From sequence record SRR20825006_287: 47,532 nt of DNA; one strand, given 5' to 3'. The notes beneath the pieces were generated by a model, which saw only the letters and a program-made list of their open reading frames with translations, did not search any database and was not told the DNA's origin. The position numbers were made by a program, and so were the translations under genes. Shown here piece by piece: positions 29,820 through 39,263 of this stretch (position 1 is its first letter; each line of letters begins with the position of its first letter).

Positions 29820-31004
29820 ATGCACATCAGTCGGCAGCGAATCGGATGGAAGGCTGGTAGCCTTTTCGCATTGGCCGTTGGCTGGGTGGTTCAATCCGCA
29901 AGTGTGCTATCGACGTCGGGTGAGAGCCCGAGCAAATTAAATCAATCGAACGTGGCGGCTTTGCCCATTTATGTGGGCAAAGCTGTTTGTGCAGAGTGCC
30001 ATCGCAGCAACTTTGAGAAGCATCGGGAATCGGGCCACGCTTCCACGTTTAGGTTCACGAGTGATCCGACCATTTCAAATTTGTTTGATGGAAAAACAGT
30101 CGATGCGGGTGAGAATCACGGTTTGTTTCATTATCGATCTTCTGAAGAAGGATTGTTAGCACTCCGTGCTTCGGATGAATCGGCCAATGGACTGGTACCG
30201 ATGCAGTTTCCGTTTGCGCTGGGGTCGGGTCGCAATGCAATCACTTTGTTCTCAATCGTGCGAGAGGAATCGAAGGCGTCCTCCGTGATGGAACATCGGG
30301 TTTCATGGTACCCAGACCGAGGCGGCGAACCATCGAGTCATCGAGCCGAAGACTCACGACAATTCGGTCGCTTTGGATTGACGCCAGGGCACACGAACAC
30401 CGAACCATTGGAAGCGATGGATTGTTTTGGTGAGAGGATTCGTGGAGAAAAGATGGATTCCTGCATCGAATGTCACACGACATCGGGGAAGATCGTTGAT
30501 CACGAATTAAGAGATCTGATTCCGAATGTGGATTGCGAAAAGTGCCACGGTCCAGGAAGTGAACACGTTCGCCAAGCTCGTCGGATGGATGCACCTCCGC
30601 CATTTTCCGTGGGACGTTCGGATTGGGACGGAGAATCAGAAATTCAACTGTGTGGGTCTTGTCATCGCCTGCCTCGGCACGTTTCTCCGAAGGAGTTGCG
30701 CGACTACTCCAGCGAGTTGCTGCGATTGCAGCCAATCGGATTGTTACGCAGTGAATGCTATATCAAGTCTGGTCGCTCGTTGACATGTTCGACTTGTCAC
30801 AACCCGCATCAAGACGCTCGTTTGAAGTCAACAGCTGACTACGACCAAGATTGTCAAACGTGTCACCAACCACACGTTGATTCACAAGTGGCTTGCTCTG
30901 TCTCTACCGATGGTGGATGTGTGAAATGTCATATGCCGCCTATCTCGGTGGAGCAGGACATGGTGTTCCACGACCATTGGATTCGGGTTCGAGAACATGA
31001 GTGA
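29820..31004 (+). CDS. Multiheme (7 CxxCH) cytochrome c, c554-like N-domain
   Basis: CAECH, CIECH, CEKCHGPGSEH, CGSCH, CSTCHNPH, CQTCH, CVKCHMP and terminal FHDHWI. N-terminal export signal. Confidence 0.9.
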   Translation: MHISRQRIGWKAGSLFALAVGWVVQSASVLSTSGESPSKLNQSNVAALPIYVGKAVCAECHRSNFEKHRESGHASTFRFTSDPTISNLFDGKTVDAGENHGLFHYRSSEEGLLALRASDESANGLVPMQFPFALGSGRNAITLFSIVREESKASSVMEHRVSWYPDRGGEPSSHRAEDSRQFGRFGLTPGHTNTEPLEAMDCFGERIRGEKMDSCIECHTTSGKIVDHELRDLIPNVDCEKCHGPGSEHVRQARRMDAPPPFSVGRSDWDGESEIQLCGSCHRLPRHVSPKELRDYSSELLRLQPIGLLRSECYIKSGRSLTCSTCHNPHQDARLKSTADYDQDCQTCHQPHVDSQVACSVSTDGGCVKCHMPPISVEQDMVFHDHWIRVREHE

Positions 31005-32394
31005 TCAACATCGACGAAAGTTGCACTGGTCGTTGAATCTGGTTGTCTTTGCAACAATGACTTCGCAACTTTCATGCGATGCAACATCAGAGTCAAAGTT
31101 GCCTTCGGCTTTGAGCAAGGCTGGTTTGGAGGTTGAGCAAGATGAATCCACCGCCGAAGTTCTCAGCAACGATCGGCCAAAGAGATCTTTGCCTCGACAG
31201 GATACAGTGCAACCTGCGATTTCAGTCGACGTCGCCGCGTCGCGTGAACTGGCGGAACAGGCACTCGCCGATGGCAGGATCGACGCAGCTTACGATCACG
31301 CACGCGTCGCCTTCCGTTATGGACCTGACGATCCATTGGTAATATTTGTCATGGCTCGTGCCTTGGGTGAGCGGCATCGATTCGAGGAAGCCATTGCGAT
31401 GTTGGATTCGGTTGCTATGCGCGATCCACAAGCTAGGTTGCCCACGCTAGGCCAAACGGCGCAGTGGATGGTTCTGAAAGGTGATTGGGAGCAAGCCGAA
31501 AATCGGTACAAGGCAATTTTGGATGAGGTCCCCGACATCGCAATGGTGCATGAGGAAATCGCCAAGTTGTATCTTCGGCAAGGTCGCCGTCATGATGCCT
31601 CCAGTCACATCCGGCAACTTTGTAAGTCCGGTACCGTGAAGGAGCACTGGATGCTTGAATTGCTGTCTATCTCGGATGATCCATTTCCGATGGTTGGCAG
31701 CGAAGAAGACGAACCCATTGGTGTTCTAGGAACAGCACAGGATTTAGTAGCGAATGACTCGCGTGAGGAAGCGATCAAGACGTTGATCAATTCGCCGGGC
31801 GAACCATCGGATCCGGAGCGGTCTTTGCTTGGTCGATTGTTGGCTTTGGAGGAAGACGAAAATGGTCTGACGCAGTGGTCCAACGAAGTGGTGCTCAGCG
31901 ACGAATCCAACGCGGACGCTTGGTTTGCGATTGCGACGCTGCATCAGATGCGCGGTGAGCACGAAAAAGCAGTGGCTTGTTATTGCAAAGCCCTTCTGCG
32001 TGACGCAACGGATGACATTGGGTATCAGCGTTTGAGTCAGTCACTGCAACAACTCGCGTTGGAGGACGCGGCCAAAAATGCCTCGGAACGAGCCGAGCTG
32101 ATTCGTCAATCCAAATCGCTCGGAGATCAAATCAGGCGGTCGACGGGCGGAAAGTACGAGCAAGTCGTCGAACTGGTTGAGTTGCTCGAGCAATTGCATC
32201 GACACGATGAGTCTTTGGCTTGGAATACGATCGCCGTCGCCAATTCGGGCCGTCCAAAGAACGAAGTTCAACAAGCGATTCTGAAAATCAACGAGCAACG
32301 CTTGAGTTGGTTGGAATCAAAATTATTTCATACAGACCCAACCTTTGTCCTGTGTGGATTGGATCTTGATGACCTTCCAATCGTGCCAGATTAA
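30997..32394 (+). CDS. Tetratricopeptide repeat protein, exported
   Basis: N-terminal hydrophobic segment ending LSC, repeated TPR-like helix pairs (e.g. AWFAIATLHQMRGEHEKAVACYCKAL). Overlaps the cytochrome stop. Confidence 0.8.
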   Translation: MSDQHRRKLHWSLNLVVFATMTSQLSCDATSESKLPSALSKAGLEVEQDESTAEVLSNDRPKRSLPRQDTVQPAISVDVAASRELAEQALADGRIDAAYDHARVAFRYGPDDPLVIFVMARALGERHRFEEAIAMLDSVAMRDPQARLPTLGQTAQWMVLKGDWEQAENRYKAILDEVPDIAMVHEEIAKLYLRQGRRHDASSHIRQLCKSGTVKEHWMLELLSISDDPFPMVGSEEDEPIGVLGTAQDLVANDSREEAIKTLINSPGEPSDPERSLLGRLLALEEDENGLTQWSNEVVLSDESNADAWFAIATLHQMRGEHEKAVACYCKALLRDATDDIGYQRLSQSLQQLALEDAAKNASERAELIRQSKSLGDQIRRSTGGKYEQVVELVELLEQLHRHDESLAWNTIAVANSGRPKNEVQQAILKINEQRLSWLESKLFHTDPTFVLCGLDLDDLPIVPD

Positions 32395-33809
32395 CTGATA
32401 GTTTGGCGCTCCAGCCATGCTCGCCAGTTGTTGGCGTATGTTTGCAAAAATTGGTCGGTCGTGGTCGCGTCCCAGGCTTGGCGATTCCAGGAGGCGGAGA
32501 TGCAGATCTGGCCCCAATTGATGCAAACGCCCAGAGCGACATTGGTTCCCTCTCGACCGGGAGGCGAGCCGAATACGTTGCGAAGGGAAGCGTCGCCGAT
32601 TTGAAGCTGCCCATCCCGTTCCGGAAAGAACTTTTTCATCCCTCGCGAAAGATCACCGGTGTAGGTGAGGACGCTGGTGGTCATGTGCCGACTGTGTTCG
32701 ATCACCCACCTCATGAATCGCGGGTGTTGAACCGCCGCAGCCAAGCCGTCCAGGAAATCCATGTGCACACGAGTTTCTTTGATTGCCAACACTTCGTCCG
32801 CGACGCTGGAGATGAGTGCATCAGGATCCTGGCATTGGTCTTTGCGTCGTCCTAAGAAAGCGAAGCTGAGCCGATTGGTTGCTGGCAGATCCAAGTCTTT
32901 TCGAGATCGCAAATCAACTGGCATCATCACTCGGTAGCGCATCGCTTTTCCACCGCCATGAGATTGTTCCCATTGCTCAAAGGTTTGGAACAACATCGCG
33001 ATCGCGAGGTCGTTGACTCGGATGGACGCGTTGCTGCAGGCCTTCTCAATTGAGGCTGATTCTTCCTTGCTAAACAAGATATGTCGCAAGGGTCTGCTGA
33101 TTGCTTGTGACTCAGGCGGTTGCTGAGTTGATGTGGAGCCAGACCCCCGAGGTGTCGAAAGAGCCGCGGGACGCTGGAAGTGAAAGTAGTAGGCATTCCG
33201 AATTCGATCCCAAGTCGTTAACGAACGTTTGGGTGGTTTGGAGAGAAGTTCGGAGAAGTCGTTTCTGTCGCGGAGACGTTCTGGATTGGGCGCCGACCGT
33301 GAAGATTTTCGTGAGGTTTTACCGCACTCTGGATCGCCCGTTGCCCGAGCGTAACGTGTGAGTGTCCCAACGAGGACTTGTCGCATCCCAACGCCATCGC
33401 CACAAGCGTGATGCAATTGAACATAGAGGCGGCTGCCGGTTTCTGCGGGAACGTACCAGAAGCGACATCCTGACTCGCGAAACAAATCAAAAGGTTGTGT
33501 CTGGGGATTGTCAGCGGGTCCCGTGGTCAGTGGCAGGTCTTCGTTGGTCAGTACCCGAGGGGCCAGATCCTGATCAAAATGCCAGAAGAATCGCTCGCCG
33601 TGACGCACCAGCTTGCAAGCGAGCAAGGGGTGATCTTTCACCGTCTCGTTCAATGCGTTTTGTAAGACAGGTAGCTGCAAAGGCGTCGAAAATTGCAGCT
33701 CGATAAAACTGACGATGGGGCACGACTCTTTTTCGTCCAAGACGAAGAAGGTTTCCAGCGGCGTCAGCGGCAAGGGAAACAGCGGTTTGTCTGAATCCTG
33801 TGCAGGCAT
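32391..33809 (-). CDS. Stand-alone condensation-domain-like / CoA-dependent acyltransferase (HHxxxDG)
   Basis: LPLTPLE N-terminus, HPLLAC, PFDL, QLHHACGDGVG active site, VNDLAIA, MPVDLR. Start ATG 33809 or TTG 33821. Confidence 0.8.
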   Translation of the reverse strand: MPAQDSDKPLFPLPLTPLETFFVLDEKESCPIVSFIELQFSTPLQLPVLQNALNETVKDHPLLACKLVRHGERFFWHFDQDLAPRVLTNEDLPLTTGPADNPQTQPFDLFRESGCRFWYVPAETGSRLYVQLHHACGDGVGMRQVLVGTLTRYARATGDPECGKTSRKSSRSAPNPERLRDRNDFSELLSKPPKRSLTTWDRIRNAYYFHFQRPAALSTPRGSGSTSTQQPPESQAISRPLRHILFSKEESASIEKACSNASIRVNDLAIAMLFQTFEQWEQSHGGGKAMRYRVMMPVDLRSRKDLDLPATNRLSFAFLGRRKDQCQDPDALISSVADEVLAIKETRVHMDFLDGLAAAVQHPRFMRWVIEHSRHMTTSVLTYTGDLSRGMKKFFPERDGQLQIGDASLRNVFGSPPGREGTNVALGVCINWGQICISASWNRQAWDATTTDQFLQTYANNWRAWLERQTIS

Positions 33810-33906
33810 GTTGGAAACCAAGGCGTCAAAGAAATGAGAGCGTGTCGCTCTTGAGGACAGGCTAATCCACCGCCGACAAAATGCAATTTGGGAACGACTG
33901 GAGCTC

Positions 33907-34659
33907 TCAGATCAAATCTCGCAAGCTGGTCATCGCAAGAGGTTCTTTGGTTGCAAACGGCTCGCCATATTGGCGATCAATTAAACGACCCCAGTAAGCG
34001 GCATCGTCGCGGAATCGATCGGTCAAACTCGGTGGGCCTGGGTCGCGACCGGTGATGAATTGGCTTTCGTAGGCACGGATCGATTCGAGTTTGCGGTCCC
34101 ACTGTTCTGAGATGTCGACAATCCAGCTGGGTTGCACTGCCAAACGCAGGTGAATGCAGAAGTAATAGTAAATGCGTTGGGGATGATGCCGCGGACCCGG
34201 CATGGCTGTTTTGCTGAGCTTGGAATGAAACCGTGCCGCTTCGACCAGCTGAGTCGCAGCAACATGATCTGGATGAGCGTCTTCATGATAGGGTGCGAAC
34301 AACCATCGCGGTCGCAAGCACCGAACGAACGAAGCGATGTGTTCTCGAGCGGGCAGGGTGGCTTCGACGGCTCGATTGGTTAACCCGGCGTTGCCTCGCC
34401 AAGTCAGCCTCATGACTTCGGTTGCACGGGCTGTTTCGCGTTTTCGAATGTCGAGACTGCCATGGGGTGTCGGTTCGCCACTGGTCAGATCCAGCACCCC
34501 AACTCGCATGCCTTCGTCGATCATTCGCATGATCGTCCCGCCCATGCCCAACTCCGCGTCGTCGGGATGAGGTGCAACGACCAGGAAGTCGAGCGGTTCA
34601 ATGTTTTCTGGATCAGGATAGGGATCAGAGTCCGTGAAGACGGAGGATGTGACGGTCAT
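33907..34659 (-). CDS. PIG-L/LmbE family N-acetylglucosaminyl deacetylase, BshB1-like
   Basis: APHPDDAELGMGG, DLTSGE, RKRETARA, DAHPDH, VDIS..KLESIRAYESQF. ATG 34659 overlaps the upstream stop (ATGA). Confidence 0.88.
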   Translation of the reverse strand: MTVTSSVFTDSDPYPDPENIEPLDFLVVAPHPDDAELGMGGTIMRMIDEGMRVGVLDLTSGEPTPHGSLDIRKRETARATEVMRLTWRGNAGLTNRAVEATLPAREHIASFVRCLRPRWLFAPYHEDAHPDHVAATQLVEAARFHSKLSKTAMPGPRHHPQRIYYYFCIHLRLAVQPSWIVDISEQWDRKLESIRAYESQFITGRDPGPPSLTDRFRDDAAYWGRLIDRQYGEPFATKEPLAMTSLRDLI

Positions 34660-36410
34660 CGTTGAGGTAGCTCCAATGCGATGGCTTGATGAGCGTTGCG
34701 TATGAGGATGAGGTTGTCGACCACGGTAGGGATGTTCCAAGTCTTGCGTTGCAAAGCTGGAATGCGGATCAATTCTTGGTAGTCATCTGGATCGGCGGCA
34801 ACCAGCACGACCTCTCCTTCTTCTCCCTGCACTACCAGGACATCTTCAACCAAGACTGCTTGTCCTTGGCCGAGTCGATCTCGACGTGACTGCTCCCACA
34901 GTCGCTTGCCGGATTCAATTTCAACTGCTTGCAAAGCACCGTTGCTTAATCCATAAGCGATGCCGTCTCGAACCAGAGTGTGATTGAACTTGGTTTTCAA
35001 GACTCGGGACGAATGCCAAATTTCTTCGGCAACGAACGTCTCGGTCTCTGAGGAGGCGTCTTTCGAAGAGGCATCGGTGGCGTTCGTTGCGTTGTCGACG
35101 CGGGTGACTTGGATCAAAGAGCTTCCGCCGCCGTAGCCTTTGCCGATCAAAAATTGATTTTCACCAGCTGGCATTGCCGCGGCACAGTTGGCACCCGAGT
35201 TCGATTTGCCTTCCCAGGGGAACGACCAAAGGATTTTGCCCGATTCAATGTCATGTCCGGTGATATCGGCTTCGTTGACGGAAACAATTTGTCGTTTGCC
35301 GCCAAGAGTCATGATCATCGCGGAGGCATAGCTGATTTGCTGATCACCACTCCGCCAAACGGTCTCGCCGGTTGCCGCATCCAAAGCGATCAATGAACGC
35401 CCTTCGTCTGATGCGGATGCGGGACCACCAAGCGGGAGCACACAAAGATTGTCGACAATCAATGGCGAACCCGATCGGCCCCATGAGATCGCTTGTTCCG
35501 ATTCTTCGATGGTCCAACCTGTGATTTCAATCAGGTCCCGTTTCCAAAGGACTTCACCGTCGGTCAGTTGCAAGCACCAAACGGTTCCCGTGGCACCTTG
35601 GGCATAGACGCGGCCGGGTGACAATTCGGTCGCCGGAATGATCGCGGGAGTCGAACGCGGACCGCCGCCGCCGAGTGCTTGAAAGTGATTCGCCTCGTGT
35701 TCGACCAACCAGAGCAATTGACCATCGGAGAGTCGATAGGCCGTGACGCACTCCATTTCATCACGTTGTTCCAGGGTCACCGCGATGCCATCGGCGACCG
35801 CAAACGAAGACCAACCTTCGCCGATTCCGATATCCCATCGCCGAGTGATTTCATCGGCGGATGTAGGAATCTCAAATTCGCGTTCTGACATCACTCCCGT
35901 GCGACCGTTTCCTAGAAACCCCAACCATGAACCGTCTTCCGTTGAACTCTGTACTTCCACAGCGAGCTCATCTGTGTCGGATTCGGCCAAAGGGGTGACT
36001 TTCAAAGCAGGTGTCTCGTTGTTTCCGAACCTCCAGGAGAATCGCGGAACCATTTCGCCCGAAAAACTTTCGAACCGGAGAAGCGTGCCTGCTGCGACGA
36101 TCAATGCCAAACAAAATGCTGGAACCAGCCACGCTTTTGCCGCCGCAGAACTGGCACGTTGCAGCTGATACAACACAAATAGCAACGCGATTCCGCCGGC
36201 CGCCAGACTTTGCAGCAGAGCTTTTTGATAATCGGTCTCGTGAGCTCGAGATTGAATCAGCCCAACGACGATGACGCCTGCGATCAGGGCGACCAAAGCC
36301 TTCAGCACATGGCGGCGGACGGCGGTTACTTTAGTAGGCACGGTTTTCGCGGGTTCGAAACCTGTTGGTTCAGAATCCGAGGGTGTCGAATCGGGAGGAG
36401 TCACGGTCAT
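34656..36410 (-). CDS. PQQ-binding-like (BamB-type) beta-propeller repeat protein with N-terminal TM segments
   Basis: WLGFLG, IGEGWSS, GPRSTP, SGSPLIVD, LIALDAATGETVW, SYAS, KTWNIP repeats; three N-terminal hydrophobic helices. Confidence 0.87.
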   Translation of the reverse strand: MTVTPPDSTPSDSEPTGFEPAKTVPTKVTAVRRHVLKALVALIAGVIVVGLIQSRAHETDYQKALLQSLAAGGIALLFVLYQLQRASSAAAKAWLVPAFCLALIVAAGTLLRFESFSGEMVPRFSWRFGNNETPALKVTPLAESDTDELAVEVQSSTEDGSWLGFLGNGRTGVMSEREFEIPTSADEITRRWDIGIGEGWSSFAVADGIAVTLEQRDEMECVTAYRLSDGQLLWLVEHEANHFQALGGGGPRSTPAIIPATELSPGRVYAQGATGTVWCLQLTDGEVLWKRDLIEITGWTIEESEQAISWGRSGSPLIVDNLCVLPLGGPASASDEGRSLIALDAATGETVWRSGDQQISYASAMIMTLGGKRQIVSVNEADITGHDIESGKILWSFPWEGKSNSGANCAAAMPAGENQFLIGKGYGGGSSLIQVTRVDNATNATDASSKDASSETETFVAEEIWHSSRVLKTKFNHTLVRDGIAYGLSNGALQAVEIESGKRLWEQSRRDRLGQGQAVLVEDVLVVQGEEGEVVLVAADPDDYQELIRIPALQRKTWNIPTVVDNLILIRNAHQAIALELPQR

Positions 36411-36436
36411 GGTCGACCAAACACTGCGAGAGAGAA

Positions 36437-37345
36437 ATGTTGAAGCGTAGGAAAAAACAACTATCGGAGAACGGTAACACGCCGCCCAGGTTGGCGGAAT
36501 TAGTTCCCGAGTCTGATCCTACTGATCCGCTTCAAATGGCATTCATCTCGGATCTGCATCTGTTCAGTTCACGCTGCAATTATGAGCGGCATGAAGCGAC
36601 AATTCGACGGGCGGTGGAGGCCTCGGACGTCTGCGTATGGGGCGGCGATCTGTTCGACTTTTGCTGGAGTCGGATCGGTGGCGGCGATGTGTCTCGCAAA
36701 GCCGCGATCGATTGGTTGGAAGCCTGGCGAGCTGAATTTCCGGAGAAGACGTTCGTTTATCTCACCGGCAATCACGACGCCCAAGCCGCTTTTCGCGAGT
36801 CGCTGGATCAGTGGGCTCTTCCGCACACTCAGCCCGAAAACTTGTCACCGAGCGATACCGATCGGGACAACTCGGACTCGACGGGGGCAGCTCAGCACGT
36901 TCGGCTGCCGATGCGACCGGGTTCCGTTTATGTGGGATTGGATGCGATTCGTCTGGCCGACACATTGATGGTCCACGGCGACGTGATCGAGGGTGGTCGC
37001 AATTCTGTCGGACTGGATCAATATCGAAACCGTTGGGCTCACGAACCAGCCACCTCGCCGGCCAATCTACAAAACGGTTTGTACGACGCTGCGGTGACCG
37101 CGCGATTGCATTTGGCCGCAGCGGGAGTGGCACATCGTCGCCGGTCGACTTGTTTGCGATTGCTTCACTGGGCGAGGCAACAACCTGATTGGATGCACCA
37201 CAACATTGGCCAAGTCGTGTTTGGTCACACTCACCGGTGCCTCCGTGGTGTCCATGTCGCTGGAATCGACTTTTACAACGCCGGCGCCGCGGTCAAACAC
37301 GTGAAATTTGAACCCGTGGTTCTGCCGGTTTCGGTCAGTGTTTGA
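36437..37345 (+). CDS. Calcineurin-like metallophosphoesterase (LpxH-like)
   Basis: FISDLH, GGDLFD, TGNHD, VHGD, FGHTH. Start uncertain (36437, 36491 or 36536). Confidence 0.85.
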   Translation: MLKRRKKQLSENGNTPPRLAELVPESDPTDPLQMAFISDLHLFSSRCNYERHEATIRRAVEASDVCVWGGDLFDFCWSRIGGGDVSRKAAIDWLEAWRAEFPEKTFVYLTGNHDAQAAFRESLDQWALPHTQPENLSPSDTDRDNSDSTGAAQHVRLPMRPGSVYVGLDAIRLADTLMVHGDVIEGGRNSVGLDQYRNRWAHEPATSPANLQNGLYDAAVTARLHLAAAGVAHRRRSTCLRLLHWARQQPDWMHHNIGQVVFGHTHRCLRGVHVAGIDFYNAGAAVKHVKFEPVVLPVSVSV

Positions 37346-37592
37346 GTGACTCATACGTTCGTTTATGGCATTCACCGCACTGCTAATGCTTCGCGGTGGA
37401 AATCTGACCTTCCTTCGAGATCGTCACAGTCAAGTCGTTTCATTGGCACCATTAGTTGAGATACACTGCAGCGTATCAGTCAGAGGCGGACTGACCGTGA
37501 ACCCCTACCGATTGTTCGGTGGTTGAGAGGGATGAGTGTCGTCGTGTTTACTCTGTAGGCCGGTTTCGCGAACGCGACCGGTAGATTGCTCC

Positions 37593-39152
37593 ATGCAAAA
37601 TCACCCACAACAAACTCAGTCGCCGCTGGCTCAGGCGCAAGCCGGTCAGTCGCAGAACGGACAAATGCAATCCCAATCGGGAACGGTCCCGTGTTTGCCC
37701 GGTTACGAAACGGGATCTTTCTTTGACGAAGTGGTGGATCAAGACTCGTTTGCGCGGCCGGATGCGGTCGCGCTGGTGGACCTGATCAATCGGCTGCCAC
37801 CGGGTGAATTGAATCGTCGGCAGTTGGCGATCGAACGGTCGCTGTACCAGATGGGCATCACGTTCACGGTCTACAGTGACTCGGCGGGCACCGAGAAAAT
37901 CATGCCCTTTGACATCGTTCCGCGAATCATCTCACCGGATGTTTGGACGCATATCGACACTGGTTTGAAACAGCGTATTCGGGCGCTGAACCGTTTTTTG
38001 TCGGACATCTACAACGAACGAAAGATTATCGAAGACGGCATCATCCCGGCATCGATCGTGGATTCTTGCCCGGCATACTTGCCTCAGTGCAAAGGTCTGC
38101 GTCCGCCGCATGATGTTTGGTGCCATATCACCGGGACCGACTTGGTTCGCGACAACGACGGGAACGTCTTTGTTCTGGAAGACAACCTGCGATGCCCGTC
38201 CGGCGTTTCGTACGTGTTGCAGAATCGCTCGGTGATGAAGCGGAACTTCCCGCAAGCCTTCACGGCATCGATGGTCCGCCCGGTCAGCGACTATCCCGCG
38301 CGGCTGTATCAGATGCTTCGCCGGATGGCACCGAGTCATGTTGCCGATCCAAATGTGGTCGTGCTGACACCAGGTGTTTACAACAGCGCCTACTACGAAC
38401 ACTCCTATCTGGCACACCAGATGGGCGTCGAGTTGGTGGAAGGACGTGACCTGTTGGTCAAAGACGATCGAGTCTACATGCGAACGACCGATGGACTTCA
38501 AGCGGTGGATGTGATCTATCGACGTGTGGATGACACTTTCCTCGACCCAAAAGTGTTCAATCCGAAATCGGTATTGGGAGTTCCCGGGTTGATGTCGGCT
38601 TATCGTGCCGGCAATGTGGCACTCGCAAATGCACCGGGCACCGGTGTTGCTGATGACAAGGTCGTCTACGCCTACGTGCCGGAGATGATTCAGTATTACT
38701 TGGGTGAAGAACCAATTCTTTCGAACGTACCGACATACCTGTGCGATCGTGAAGAAGACCGCGCCTATGTGCTGGATCACTTGGACGAATTGGTTGTCAA
38801 AGCGGCTGGTGAATCAGGTGGCTATGGCATCTTGATCGGGCCGCATGCCACGCCAGAAGAACGTCAAGAATTCGCGGCGAAGATCATCGACAATCCTCGC
38901 AACTACATCGCTCAACCGACGCTGCAATTGTCTCGGGTCCCGACCATGGTGGACGATCACTTGGAAGGACGCCACGTCGATTTGCGTCCTTACATCCTTT
39001 GTGATGGTCCAGATGATGTGTGGGTACTGCCCGGCGGTCTGACACGAGTGGCACTTAAAAAGGGTTGTCTCGTCGTGAATTCGTCCCAAGGTGGCGGTAG
39101 CAAAGACACATGGGTGGTCGCACAAGCGGGTGAAACCATCGCTCGGGTCTAG
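37593..39152 (+). CDS. Circularly permuted type 2 ATP-grasp peptide ligase (DUF404/DUF407)
   Basis: GITFTVY, PFDIVPRII, GTDLVR, VLEDNLRCPSGVSY, NSAYYEH, VDVIYRRVDD.FLDP, NAPGTGVADDK, VVK...SGGYG, RHVDLRP, NSSQGGGSKDTW. Confidence 0.95.
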   Translation: MQNHPQQTQSPLAQAQAGQSQNGQMQSQSGTVPCLPGYETGSFFDEVVDQDSFARPDAVALVDLINRLPPGELNRRQLAIERSLYQMGITFTVYSDSAGTEKIMPFDIVPRIISPDVWTHIDTGLKQRIRALNRFLSDIYNERKIIEDGIIPASIVDSCPAYLPQCKGLRPPHDVWCHITGTDLVRDNDGNVFVLEDNLRCPSGVSYVLQNRSVMKRNFPQAFTASMVRPVSDYPARLYQMLRRMAPSHVADPNVVVLTPGVYNSAYYEHSYLAHQMGVELVEGRDLLVKDDRVYMRTTDGLQAVDVIYRRVDDTFLDPKVFNPKSVLGVPGLMSAYRAGNVALANAPGTGVADDKVVYAYVPEMIQYYLGEEPILSNVPTYLCDREEDRAYVLDHLDELVVKAAGESGGYGILIGPHATPEERQEFAAKIIDNPRNYIAQPTLQLSRVPTMVDDHLEGRHVDLRPYILCDGPDDVWVLPGGLTRVALKKGCLVVNSSQGGGSKDTWVVAQAGETIARV

Positions 39153-39263
39153 AACTGTTGGCAGGGTTCGTTTGGCCGCGATAGCCACCCTGCATCGATC
39201 CGCTTTCGCCGTTTTCAATTCAATCGCGCAGTCGCTTTTCTTTTCATCGCTGACACCACTGAT

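Noticed and set aside
32391-33809. NRPS gene cluster
   Set aside because: Only a lone condensation-like domain; no adenylation, carrier or thioesterase domain in the window.
29500-33900. Apparently lower-GC segment suggesting horizontal acquisition
   Set aside because: Impression by eye only, not computed; genes are planctomycete-typical and no mobility signatures were seen.
37443-37460. TTGGCACCATTAGTTGA as a sigma-54 promoter for the ATP-grasp cluster
   Set aside because: Good -24 box, but TG rather than GC at the required GG-N10 position, so it is not supported as a canonical RpoN site.
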